A stretch of DNA of 63,650 bases, the filler included, from Asterionella formosa (Eukaryota): the NCBI GenBank assembly GCA_002256025.1. It is 14 parts of 14 records of this genome, joined end to end, with 100 filler letters (N's around TTAATTAATTAA, not from the genome) between each part and the next. Parts side by side here need not be neighbours in the genome. Positions count along the whole stretch, not along the records: positions 22,806 to 39,733 come from NKIB01004674.1; positions 39,834 to 40,884 come from NKIB01004675.1; positions 40,985 to 42,035 come from NKIB01004676.1; positions 42,136 to 43,186 come from NKIB01004677.1; positions 43,287 to 44,337 come from NKIB01004678.1; positions 44,438 to 61,349 come from NKIB01004679.1; 8 more parts are not named here. The stretch is one strand, 5' to 3'. A program made the translations under genes and the position numbers. Below, one piece after another: positions 32,301 to 44,679 of the stretch. The notes under the pieces were generated by a model, which ran no database searches, had not been told where the DNA came from, and worked only from the letters and a program-made list of their open reading frames with translations. Within the stretch, counting starts at the first letter, position 1. Every line of letters begins with the position of its first letter.

Positions 32301-33965
32301 ATGGTTCATCAAGAAGCGTTACAAGAAGCAGATGATCGATTGCCGATCGTTGCAATGAGCAATGGCGAAGAACCCCTTGAAGATCGAGTGACTGACCTTT
32401 CGTTGGAAGAGCTTCTTTACAGCTCTGCCTCGTTCCATGCCATTTCAATTCCAGTTTCGCTGACCTTGATTTTGACGGCGCTCTGTGTCGTCTATATCAA
32501 TACAGAACAAACAATGGCACAAGGAGAAGCAGCCCTGTCGTCTACGTACGAAGCCTTCAACAACAACACCGATTCCAACGCCCAAACTTTGGGGATAAGT
32601 TTGCTGAATGCCTTGATTATTGTTTCCGTCATCTGCGCAATGACATTTGTGATTGTCCTGCTCTACAAATATCACTGCATCAATTGTCTGATTGGTTACA
32701 TGATGCTAAGCAGTACTATGCTTCTTGGATTTCTTGGCGGGAACATGTTTAAAGTTGCGATTGATAAATACCAATTGGCAATTGATAAGTTCAGCTTCTA
32801 CTTCACCATGTACAACTTTGCCATTGTCGGTGTGGCTTCCATATTTTGGAAGAAAGGCATTCCTGTTTGGATTGAACAGTTCTACTTGATTTCGACCTCT
32901 GTCATTTTGGCTTGGCAGTTGTCTCATTTTGATCCATGGACATCGTGGACCTTGCTCGTCATGTTGGCATTGTACGATTTATGTGCTGTTTTAACTCCGT
33001 GTGGGCCCTTGAAAGCGCTTGTCAACCTAATGCACCAGGAGGGATCACCAGATATGCCGGGATTGTTGTATGAAGCCCAGCTACCAAGTGAAGCAAGACG
33101 ACCAAGGGCTCGGCGACGACGAGGTCCTCGAAACGATACAATGCACACAGCTGGCACTGTTGTTTCGGAGGAACCGTCTCCAGCCTCAACAGATGAACCA
33201 GTGCAAATCGCATCTAATAGATCTAGAGAGGAAGGTGATCAAGATAATGAATTCGGGACGACTGCAGCGACAACACCTGCAGCAGAAACACCACAAACTG
33301 AAGAAGGCCAAAGACGACGTCCACCAGCGCCAAGAGCAACTATACCTCTTGCAATCGCGAAACTTTACCGACTTCAGATCGTGGAAAATGTTGAACCACT
33401 ACGTCCTAGCCTAACTCCTCTCCTAGGGGAAGACGGAACTCCCGACGAGAGTGACAATGTCGCACCGCATGAAGCGATGAGCCCCCAGTATACACCAGAA
33501 CAGCTAAAGAGCGAGGTTACTGCCATTTTCCCACGAGGTGGAGGACGAATTGAAAAGGGCAGAAATGCAGCTGGTGCAATCCGATATGCGGTCAGGGACA
33601 GAAACGATAATATAACTCGTATTTTGTGTATCGATGATGAAGGCAGAGTGCTGGAGGAACGACACAGAAATGAGGGCGACGAAGATGAACCCCCACGAAA
33701 CTCGATCAAGTTAGGACTCGGTGATTTCATCTTTTATTCTGTATTGGTGGCTAACGCCATACTTTACTCATTCACTACATTTGCTGCCTGCTTTCTGGTG
33801 ATTCTTGCCGGACTGGGTGGGACGCTCGTGCTCCTTGCTGTATACAAGCAGGCACTACCGGCATTGCCGATTTCAATATTTTTGGGTGTCATATTTTATC
33901 TCCTTACGCGAGAATTGATTGAGCCGTGGATCCAGGTGATTTTCGACCAACCATATTACGTTTGA
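32301..33965 (+). CDS. PSEN: Presenilin (gamma-secretase catalytic subunit)
   Basis: Multi-TM protein with LALYDLCAVLTPCGPL (YD), KLGLGDFIFYS (GxGD) and ALPALPISI (PAL), plus a long hydrophilic loop. Confidence 0.96.
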   Translation: MVHQEALQEADDRLPIVAMSNGEEPLEDRVTDLSLEELLYSSASFHAISIPVSLTLILTALCVVYINTEQTMAQGEAALSSTYEAFNNNTDSNAQTLGISLLNALIIVSVICAMTFVIVLLYKYHCINCLIGYMMLSSTMLLGFLGGNMFKVAIDKYQLAIDKFSFYFTMYNFAIVGVASIFWKKGIPVWIEQFYLISTSVILAWQLSHFDPWTSWTLLVMLALYDLCAVLTPCGPLKALVNLMHQEGSPDMPGLLYEAQLPSEARRPRARRRRGPRNDTMHTAGTVVSEEPSPASTDEPVQIASNRSREEGDQDNEFGTTAATTPAAETPQTEEGQRRRPPAPRATIPLAIAKLYRLQIVENVEPLRPSLTPLLGEDGTPDESDNVAPHEAMSPQYTPEQLKSEVTAIFPRGGGRIEKGRNAAGAIRYAVRDRNDNITRILCIDDEGRVLEERHRNEGDEDEPPRNSIKLGLGDFIFYSVLVANAILYSFTTFAACFLVILAGLGGTLVLLAVYKQALPALPISIFLGVIFYLLTRELIEPWIQVIFDQPYYV

Positions 33966-34039
33966 TAGAAAAAGTACCTTGGTGATAGACATGAATACAA
34001 TTGCTAAACAGGCGAGCTTAGGACTCGTTTAAGATGTAA

Positions 34040-35795
34040 TTACAGAGCATCAGGATTTTCTGTTACAATTCCCACAATACCTTCGTGTTCCACAGGAGTG
34101 TCGTCTTCTTCGTCGTCTAGCGCTGGTTCATGGCGAACTTCTTCTTCAGGATTTTCTGTAATGTGTTCCACAGGAGTGTCGTCTTCTTCGTCTAGCGCTG
34201 GTTCATCGTCGACTTGTTCCTCCTCCTCGTTGAACTTCTGACTCTTCAAGATGAGCTCTTTTGCGACAGAGAAATTGCCAAGAGCTACCTCGAGGGCCCC
34301 AAGCAAGTATGGATCGACAAGATTCTCCCAAACGTTCATCATCTGAGTTGCTACTTCTCGCAACTCGGTGGCTTCACCCCTCAAACCTGGTGCATTCACA
34401 GCTCGATGATTTGTGTCCAGAACGGCTTTGACTGATGACAAGGATTTCTTCAAGTCCTTTCTAAGTATTCCGAAAATACCTGGCAAAAGACATCGGCGCA
34501 ACTCATTAAGACCTATCAAGTACGAATTGACCAACCGAGCAAGGGGTGGATATGCCAACAACTGTCGAGGGGGCTGGTCAGGAGTAGTTTCAGGAGCCGT
34601 CACAGGGGCGGTCAAGGAAGCCAGTGGCGAAGCTACACCTGCATCGCGACAAACTGTGAGGGTTTCCTGAAACTGATTGACTCCTTCCTTCCATTGGCTG
34701 GTCACTATGGATGCCATTTTGGGTTCAAAGAGAGGAGCCAGTAGAGCGGTGAAGTCGCCTCCTAGTCGGCCCATGCTAGTGGCGAAAAAGACACAGGCTT
34801 CTAGAGCATCACGGAGCGCAGCAGAATCTTGCATACGGGTCAAACTGATGGTCAACATATTCAAGAAAGAGTGAATACGACGAGTCGTCCACATTGACAA
34901 GAGACAAGCGGACGACGACGTATCCCTTCCGGGCGAAACACGGAATATGGCGTTGAATTGAGTTGCAATCTCAAAGACGCTGAAAAGGTTTTTGGTTTAG
35001 TGCTTTCCAATGAGAAGCAGAGATTTCAATAATAGCATGTATCTCCTTTACTCACCGTGTTCGATAGCGCTCAATTGTATCCAAGAATAACTCCGACGGC
35101 ACTGTGGCGGTGCCGGTAGTGCGTGGCGACGAGTCTAACCATGCATCTCTTGCTTCCAAAAAGTCTACTTGCAGCTTCAACTCCATGGCATCATGAATAA
35201 GCTCAATTCCCTCCGATTGACGCTCCAAATCAATACCATTCAATCGCCGCAAAGCTGTAACAACTTCCAAGCATTGAGGCATTGTGACATTTTGCTTCAA
35301 CCGAAACAATAAATGTCTTCGCAAATCACTTTGGCGAGCTCTTATCTGCGCAATGACGCGAAGAACGACTGCATTCTTTTCGGTATGGCGTCGCTCAAGA
35401 GTATTGGCAAATGAAGCAATACTGAGAGCTTCTTCGTATAGATTAGATCGCACGCAAGCGTCCATGAGGGAAGGTAGCTCCAACAACTCCAACAGGGACG
35501 AATGCTGCAAGAGCGTTCGGCGACGGACTCGATGCTTTTCCGAGAGACTCGCAAGAGAATTCCCTTCTTCGAGAGAGCCTTGCGCGTTGACGACTTGAGG
35601 TTCAACTTGCTTCACCGACGCTTCGAGATCAGCAAGCGCAGCAGCCAAGGCGACTCCACGGCGTTCGACTGCCACAAAGGTTCCTGCGTGCGTTGCACAT
35701 AATGATTTCAGTTGCTCTTCTGCCGCATCCAAGGCAGCCTTGGCAATTAGGCGTTCGTCCATTTCGGACGACTTCAACGAAAGAAGGCTTGCCAT
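34040..35795 (-). CDS. COG8: Conserved oligomeric Golgi complex subunit 8 (Dor1 family); exons 35795..35056 and 34979..34040
   Basis: LLELLELPSLMDACVRSNLYEEAL, FLEARDAWL, SMGRLGGDF, LLAYPPLARLVN. A 76-bp GTGAGT..TTTCAG intron (34980..35055) joins RYRTR/VFEIATQFNA in frame. Confidence 0.9.
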
Positions 35796-38229
35796 GGTCA
35801 ATGTCCGAAGCAATTGGCTGGCGTCGCCTGATTTCCTGAAGAAATGGGAGTAATTTTTTTTTACTCGGAGTTTATCGGATTCTTTCCGGCTAGGCTGATT
35901 TCAGTCTAAAAGACTGGATTCAGTCTGGGTTTTCAATCCCTTGCCCCTACCAGATGGCTCAATTCAATGGATATTTCATTTCTGAAAAGGTAATCTAAAT
36001 CTGCAGAACTGTAGGTTTCTGGAGGTATGCATGGCAATAAGCTTATAGGTTAAAGAAATTTCAGATACATATGGAGTCTCCCTGCAAAAATCAACTCAAA
36101 AAAATCTTTGCGGGATGGCTTGAAAACGAAAATTGACAATGGGCAAAGCTGTTATCATTTCAGGCCTTTCCAAGTACATTCACCCATCACTGTGGGTCCG
36201 AAATCATCGCAAAAGGTCATCAACTTGAAATAATGACAGTTCTGCAGAGGGAGCTAAAGAAAATCAGAGGTAAAGAAGTGATGCCATTGCAGTCACAGCT
36301 CCCGGGACTGTACATAGTAATGCTGACATGACTAGCTGAGCTACATGCCCTTGAAAATCACTTCTAGATCAATTCCAATGGTGATCCATACACCTTTTAC
36401 TATGATGAAGGCTATTTTATGTACTTGAGGAGTCAGCAGAAAGTGAAGTGATGCCTTCAGAGCTTCTCAAACTTGTCAAGAAGTGTACTGCACTGGTGCA
36501 GTTGAAGACTCTGATGATGTTGCCATTCCAGCTGGATTTGTTGACATTGGTGTCAAAAATGCCCCAGCATTTGAAAAGGTTTTTGTCTTGATGAAGTTGC
36601 AAACAATTTGGTTGATATTGAGCCAGGAATTTGCGACAGGAGACAGTTGAATGGATCAAAAAGCAATCCAATATTTTTTATCATTTCCAATTCATTTGAA
36701 GTCCACTGCCTTCCAGTTAAAAATTCTAATAATTTTTTAATCATTGATCAAAAGGTAGAGGGGAAACCTGTAACTCATGGTGAGCTACTCAGATGGATTG
36801 AAAAAATGTGCAATGAACATGGTGGAGGGGAAAGTGTTTCATAGGTCATGAACAACAAGAACAGATTACATATACAGTCGTGGTTTTCTACAGCCACTAA
36901 AAATTTCGCCATGCTGTTGAATGTCCATGACATAAAGCCTTCCCAAATCAGTTTGGAGGTGATATGGGCGACGAAACGGTGGCTAAATAGAGGTGTTAGC
37001 ATTGTTTCTTTCAGTCATGGCAGAAGATGCCATGCTTGCATATAAACACTTCTGTAAGGGAGGGTGATGGCATGCTCGGTTTTCTCAAGCTCTTTGTGGA
37101 GTCATTAGTATATAACTCTTATTACAAAGACGAAGATAAATCGCCAAGAAGGTCATCAAGATTCCAAAAATGCTGAGCACAAAATTTTTGTGTGCCATGA
37201 CCGTTCCCACCTCCAAAGTGCAGGTTTAGACTGGAAAATGACTTGGACATGTTGTGTATGGTACATGAGTGTGCTTCGATGTGTTGATTGTGATTTACAC
37301 CATTGCATTGAAGCAGTATTAGCCCTTCCAGTCCAGACTGATCTGGCTGTGTCACAGAATTTTTCATACTATTGTGACTTTCATATGACTAAATATTAGT
37401 AGTTCAAATTCCAATTATTTGTCTTTTAAATGTATAGCCCTTTTATTCAGGTGAAAATTTTCTATCCAAGCAACGATGTATCTAAAGTTAAAGGAAAGAA
37501 GTAATGATTTGGAAATCGCGAATATTCAAGGCTGCTTATCTATTACTTAAATAAATGCACTGGCATCTCAGACAACCGTTATCTTTCATTCTTGAAATGA
37601 TCGTTTCGAATACTATCATGCTGGAATTCGGTTTGGCAGGAACTATTTTAGGGTGAAACTCATTCCCCCAATCACAAACCCCCCATCCAAAACCCCCCAA
37701 TCAAAAGAAATTGGGGGTTTTACCGGAGAGCTAGATTTCATAGCGGTCAGAGCTGCACACAGAGCGATCATAGAATATCTTTACCGACCCTGCCAATGAG
37801 TGTACATATGATATGCATATGTATTGTTATGCAGCAAATAAAAAAGGTATGGGAATCTTAAAAGTAAGGTCAGTGATATTTCAACTAGCAAAATAGCCAA
37901 AATAAACTATATATGATTGTAAATGGTTTTACATACATGTATGTGTACTCTTGTAACACGATGTTTGCCAGCAGTAACAGTAGTAGTGGCAACATCACAA
38001 CAATGATGATACGCCTACTGTAAACAGATAAAATGGTAATGGAAAATTTCTCATGTTTGATTCATGACGATTGTATAAATATATGTATCAGTAGGTATAT
38101 AGAACATCATGCATGCTAGCCGTTAGCACTTCTGTACATTCTTCATACTGGTAGATGAAATGCATGTTAACAAGGAGATTTCTGGAAAAAGGATCGTATC
38201 TCGACACTCATAATTGAGATTGAGGAGGA

Positions 38230-38372
38230 GGGGGGGGGGGGGGGGGCCCCAAATAATAAAAAAAAGACAAAAAAAAAGATTTTATAAAAAATAANNNNNN
38301 NNNCCCCCCCTCCCCCCCCACCCCCCCCCCCCCCCCCCCTCCCCCCCCCCCCCCCCCCCCCCCCCAACCCCA
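38230..38372. other. Low-quality poly-G/poly-C sequence around a small N gap
   Basis: Homopolymer runs with 9 Ns; probably a sequencing or scaffolding artefact. Confidence 0.8.
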
Positions 38373-39078
38373 ATAGTTATAGCAAGGCTCAGAAAGTGCT
38401 TTTTTAAGAAAATCATTCTTTAAACTTTGATTTTGATAAAATTGAAATTAATGGGCCAGCGCGAAACCTTTCAGGAATTTCTAACGGAGGATTCGAATAT
38501 GGGTGCCTGCCGGCGCAAAATTTCGAAACTTGCAGGTACCTACCTGCTTACCAGTATCAGTGGGGAGCCAACGTTTAGTCACTCCATCAACCATCTAAAA
38601 TTATTGAAGCTGCTTGAATGATAAAATTCGAACCAAGTACGAACTTTATTGTAGATGATAGAAGGGGCGGGATAGCTATCATCATGTTATCAGTTCTAAT
38701 GTACAACATATAGTTATTCAGATGAAAGACATTTTACCTAACCCACTTTGAATCGTAACGTTGTCTCGGTGCATTTTTTAAAATGCATACATGAAGATTT
38801 TTACCCCCAAACCGTGTTTTATTTTACTCAATAGCTACCAAAAAACTTTTTTAAAAACTTTTGTTGAAACTATAATTATAGATACTACCAGGTACCAGTA
38901 AAAAATTGCCATGACCCATTGAACACAGAATAACACGTTTTGCTATCAAAACTTACGAAAATGTTAATTCTGAGAGTTCTGACTCCTTACCGAGCAAATT
39001 AGATTTTACAGTAGGTTAAATTTTAGCTTATAATTGCACTACAGCAATCTTTGTCCGCGTCATGGAGAATGTTGCTTA

Positions 39079-39390
39079 AGGTTCCTGCATTTGAACCCCT
39101 AGGCAAAAAAATAAAATATTGCTTAGGGTTGCCGAATTTCCCTGGACCTAATTTTTTTATGAGTTAATTTTGAATGACGTGTTTCCATTTGAAATATTTG
39201 AATCACTGGAAATTTGCGCGTACATACATAGATTCCATTTCGGATTCAATATATGTATACATTAACATTCTCCATCGCTCAATTTTTATATACCCTATCA
39301 TACAATCAACATATATGTGTCAGACGAGCTGGCAGCATGGCAAATATTGTTGATGACTACCGGTAAGAATCAAAAAAAGCAACAATCAAA
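39079..39390. mobile_element. One end of another copy of the 27708..28761 Harbinger family
   Basis: TTA|AGGTTCCTGCATTTGAACCCCTAGGCAAAAA..ATATTGCTTAGGGTTGCCGAA..GAAATTTGCGCGTAC matches the reverse complement of 28480..28761. Confidence 0.85.
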
Positions 39391-39833
39391 CATGAGCGAA
39401 ATTACACATCAAAATGATGACAATAGTAATGACGATTTTAACTACAGTCATGATAGTTGTCCTACCTGCCAAGACCGGTTGATTGTAGAGTCGTATGTGG
39501 AGGGATGTGAGGATCGCATCTTCTCTTCTGTAAATAAAAGCTATCATGAATATATGATCTTGAGTATTGTACGCTAAGAGGCACAGGATTTTTACATATA
39601 TGATAGTTTTTCGATCAAAAATATGATCAATGTATCATATAATTATGATCATGCAGTAAACTTTTACCGAGCTTGAAGTATGATGATACTATCATAGTTA
39701 TAATACCATTGCATCATATAATTAGTTATACATNNNNNNNNNNNNNNNNNNNNNNNNNNNNNNNNNNNNNNNNNNNNTTAATTAATTAANNNNNNNNNNN
39801 NNNNNNNNNNNNNNNNNNNNNNNNNNNNNNNNN

Positions 39834-40675
39834 TCTCCACCAATGCGTTCGCGGTTAGCGAGTTGGCTCATGAATCTGTAGTCGTTGACGCGTATATAAT
39901 CACGGCTAACACCGTCTCGGTTGAAGTCAAAGCCGGTGTCAGTCGGCGCTTGGCCGATCTGAAGACCACTTTGGCTAAATGCGACGTCCTGCCGAATTGA
40001 GCGCTTCGAATAGGCTAGTCCAAGCGATATGCCAAATGTGTCGGTCAATTTGTCTGCTACGAAGAAACTGAATCGGGGATCAAACTTCTTGCGATAATCC
40101 GAGTAAGTTGCCTCGGCACCGATTGCAATTGTGCGATCCTTGCAGCTCAGCGGTTTCCTCGTCACCAAATTGATCAAGCCGCCGAGCGTACCTTCAGGCT
40201 GAGATGCAAGAGTCGATTTCGATACCTCGATAGACTCGAAAAACTCTGCAGTCAGATTACGCATATCGAATTCGCGCGAACTACCGGGTGAAGCCGCCGA
40301 CCGGCCGTTGATATAGGTCGTAGCAGAAAGGCCGCGGATTTTTGCGTTCTGCCCTTCACCGCTTTCGCGAGTGATCTGAATGCCGGTCACTCGCTGCAGT
40401 GAGTCAGCGACATTTTCGTCGGGCAACTTACCGATGTCGGTGGCAGTGATGGTGTCAACAATGTTTGCGGCATCGCGCTTCATTGCGATGGACTGTTGCA
40501 GTGAACCCCGGATACCTGACACGATGATTTCGTCGCCTTCAGTCGACGCGCCTTCCGCAGGAGCACCGCTTTCCGAAGCGTCCGTTGGTGTCGTTGTTTG
40601 GGCATTAGCGGTCGTTGCAGTAGCAATCGCCAAAAAGCCGACCGTAGCCAAAAGAACAGAAGATTTTCCACCCAT
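39834..40675 (-). CDS. TonB-dependent receptor, N-terminal part (alphaproteobacterial)
   Basis: Signal peptide ..ANAQ, TonB-box-like EIIVSGIRGSL, plug IVDTITATDIGKLPDENVADSLQRVTG. GGGAG RBS-like sequence upstream. Confidence 0.93.
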
Positions 40676-40984
40676 CGTCAATGCACTCCCTCTCAAAAAC
40701 TATTCTCAGCATATAGACCTCACTGATTACTTATCAGATATGCTATATGCTGAATGAGTGCAAATGATTTTTTGCAGTGATTTCTCGACGTAATCTTTAC
40801 CGCTATCAATCGGCGTGTCGCACTGGCTGGGCAGCGGCCAGTCCAGCGAGCAAAATGCCTGCAAAGCCCGATACCGCTGCTAGANNNNNNNNNNNNNNNN
40901 NNNNNNNNNNNNNNNNNNNNNNNNNNNNTTAATTAATTAANNNNNNNNNNNNNNNNNNNNNNNNNNNNNNNNNNNNNNNNNNNN

Positions 40985-41339
40985 TGAGTGCGTGGAAAAA
41001 GAAAACATACGATTGCCAGTCTTGAAACAACGAGCATCCCGTCGAAAAGATGAGGTGATATTCTTGTTCGTGATCGTCTGTACCAGGCTTGATTGTCGAG
41101 GTAATTCGTTGTTTTGAGGCATTCGGAATGGAATGATCTCCATCTAATGTTTCCTTCTTCGCTCTTTCGTTTCTTTGGTTGGTTGAATGTATAATTATCA
41201 GTAAAAAGACCGCCATGGCCGACGCAGAGAGAGCCAGCATTGGAGCCAATGACTTCCCGAAACCCTTTCGCCTGTGGAACCGGCTTGGAAGCGATAAATC
41301 GCCCTTTCTTCTTTCGTTGGCTCTATGCCGTCGTTGCAT
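40985..41339 (-). CDS. Peptidyl-serine galactosyltransferase / HPAT-like type II membrane glycosyltransferase, N-terminal part
   Basis: Basic N-tail, one TM segment, stem, then YHLIFSTGCSLFQDWQSYVFFFH (family H-x-x-F-S-x-x-C..DWQS motif). Confidence 0.7.
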
Positions 41340-43286
41340 TGCAATAATGTCCCCTTACTACGGTAAACAAAACTCTGTATCCGATTAACTTATTATTAGT
41401 GGAACCAATTTTGGGGATGTTGATTATCCGCACGGTACCTGGTACCCTGGTACTCCGGAATGGATCATAATTTGTTGCTCAACCTCCATACCGGTATATT
41501 CCTCATGATCATGCTGGGTTGATTTACCGGTATGTTAAAGTGCAGCATACAATAAAGTGACTACATTTGACTACTAGTAAAAATGTGATACATCAAGAAA
41601 GTATACCAATAATTCTTACTAGGGTCTACCGGTATGTGATGTACTGTCAAGATTTAGTACTGCGTGCATATTAGTTCAGTCGAACTAATCAACCTTGAAT
41701 AATATTCCAGCCAAAATCCCGTATTGAAATGCTGTGAGAATTTGAACAGCATTGATTGCCAAGAACTATATCAGCAAACCAAGGTAAATATTCGAATGGA
41801 GAATGTTCTAAGTAATTAATATTTCAATGAAAGAAAGGTATATATGCAATGCAGATAGCATTGAATATTCACGATTGTTCTACTAAGTGAGTGGAGTTGA
41901 GTTGTCAGTTGAGAATTGAATGTCTAACAACACAATGAATATCTATATACAAATTTGGGAAGAGAACCTTAATAATTGGTCATGTGAACGATTACAAGAT
42001 AGATCAAATAAGCTCACAATAAGGTGGGATTAGAANNNNNNNNNNNNNNNNNNNNNNNNNNNNNNNNNNNNNNNNNNNNTTAATTAATTAANNNNNNNNN
42101 NNNNNNNNNNNNNNNNNNNNNNNNNNNNNNNNNNNTCTGTCCTTCAGCACACACAGGGGGGACTGATCACTTACCAGTCACCTGTAGGTCTCTGCAAGGC
42201 TAATCAATCGTGGTTGGTGACGCAACTCAAAGTTCCTTGACAATTTTTTACAGTTGACTACCTGGTACCGTAACCGCTATTACAATGTTGTAGAAATACT
42301 CTCTAATACCTTTATACATATATTTAAAAGGTGATGCCAGCTGAATGGAGTAAAAATTAAATTAGCTTTTTTATTTCATTTCTAGTCGACAGCAACCTTT
42401 GGGACCAAATGATGCGGAAGTAATGCTAGCTAATTGACGAGTTCAGAGCACGATTATTATTGGTTAGCACATAAATCGCTACAACATTACTTGAATAATT
42501 ATGTTCGTATCTAGCATATTTATCCCAAAACGTGAATTTACTCGATTTAACGTTGACTCTCAGTTCAAAATCTTTCAAACGTTGACTCTCAGTTTTTAGG
42601 TGGTACCAGGTACCAGGTACCGTACTATTACCGCAAGGGACCAGTACCAGGTAGTAGTACCGGTATATTTTCTTGTTGTCTGTTATTTTTTGGTTAGGTT
42701 CATGCTTTATTTCTGCCTTTGGTGTCAACGGGGAATCAATGATAACTGTAACATCAGAAAACAGCATTTTCTTTAATGTTTGGTTGTACTGCAATTTTGA
42801 AAAGAAGCAAGGCTTTATCTAAGTGCTGTTATGTATTACATGGTGTGGGCTACTTCCTAGGAGCCCTACGATAGGTGATCCATTGTAAGAAAACTGACTT
42901 TTGCGACTTCCTACATCACATAGCCGCCCAACCAATGCCTACAAGCGGTGTAGCATCCAACCAAACAACGGTATGTCTGGGGCTATGAAATAAATCCAAT
43001 TAAAATTTGCACATCCGACCATCTTATATTGTACTGATATCGACATGGACATTTCTCAGGGCTGCTAAATATACAGGATCATTCACAATCTCAGGATACT
43101 CTTGAAGCAAGGTTTTGAGGACTTGTTTGGCAGGCACCTTATCGAGCAAAGCCTGTTTCAAAGCAGCGACTCGTTCTTCAGTTTTGNNNNNNNNNNNNNN
43201 NNNNNNNNNNNNNNNNNNNNNNNNNNNNNNTTAATTAATTAANNNNNNNNNNNNNNNNNNNNNNNNNNNNNNNNNNNNNNNNNNNN

Positions 43287-44284
43287 GGTGGTCCCCACAG
43301 TTCAATCGGATCGACATAGTGTTCTCGTAGTCTCACTTCAATTGTCTTGATAGAATGAAAGCCACATTCCTTGAGTACCGCAATGGTTCGTTGTGATTGT
43401 TCCACACATGGCGAGTAACTACCCAATCTACCCCCGCACTTTAAAGTATAGGCCGCATGAGGGACTGCCAACCATGGCTCGGGTAGATCCAAGAAAATGG
43501 CATGCGCTTGTTGGCTTCCCAACAAAAAGCCTCCCCCCTTTCCATCCTTATTACATACATCTCGATGATGGACAGTTACTAAATGATCTACCTTGTTTTT
43601 GATAAATTCCTGTCGAGCTGTTTCGGCCCGCATTTGATTGAATTCAAACGTATGCAACGTCCCATGAGGAGCAATGGTTCGTAATATAAAGTGTGACATG
43701 GCCCCACTCCCTGTTCCCGATTCACAAACCACCATGTTGGGGGTGAGGCCCAAGTACCACACAATCATGCTGGCATCCAATTCATGTACAATTTGTGTCC
43801 GATGTGGCAACGACCGCGCCCACAATTCTGGAGTTGGTTTGAGTAAATAAACAAATCCATACCCCTGATTGTCTGCTGATCGGATCTTGCTTCCAAATGG
43901 TTTTCCAATAAAGTCATCATGTGGGAAATGCCCATTCTTGTTGTTGAACCGGGCGCCTTGTTGACAATACACAAAGTTTAAATTGTCAAAGGATTCAAAG
44001 ATGACAACTAAATCACCATTTTGAATAATACTTGATGTGGGAAGAACACGTTCCGTGTAGAGTTTGCCATCTGCCTTGGCAGGGTCGGAGGTTTGAAATA
44101 GATCGAGTGCAGATTGATTGGCCGCTTGGAGCAACTGTTGGTCCACCGTTGGTCCGGCCACAACAGTCGATGTCAGCAACGATTCGTCAACTGAAGTACA
44201 AGTAGTATCAGTCGTTGGAACTATTCGAATTCCAGACTTGGCAGTCACTCCGCCTTCCTTTATGTGTGCTCGGGCGAAATCCAT
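43287..44284 (-). CDS. TRM61: tRNA m1A58 methyltransferase catalytic subunit, 3'-truncated
   Basis: LLKPTPELWARSLPHRTQI, ESGTGSGAMSH, TFEFN, FLDLPEPW, SYSPCVEQ. Confidence 0.95.
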
Positions 44285-44679
44285 ACTCTCTCTCACTCTT
44301 CCTTTTGCTGTTGTTCAATATATACACTTTATCAAATNNNNNNNNNNNNNNNNNNNNNNNNNNNNNNNNNNNNNNNNNNNNTTAATTAATTAANNNNNNN
44401 NNNNNNNNNNNNNNNNNNNNNNNNNNNNNNNNNNNNNTACAAAAATATTGTTACTTTGCCTCAAAATTTATGTGGGTTTATAAAAGTTTATGGAAGTTGT
44501 CGAAACTATTTTAGTTCAATCCTATCATATATATTATATGATGCATCACATTTATATTTGGTTTCATACCCTTAAATTATGTACGTAGCCCAATTTTTCA
44601 TAGTAGGCCACCCAAATAATTAATTTGGGTGATCACATTTGACTAGCGTTTTTTTTGTGGCGGTTGTACCAATAATCGG

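Noticed and set aside
35950..37400. Possible decayed gene upstream of COG8
   Set aside because: Coding-like composition, but many stops and no motif I could recognise.
38167..38373. Glycine-rich ORF or G-quadruplex
   Set aside because: Low-quality homopolymer sequence around an N gap.
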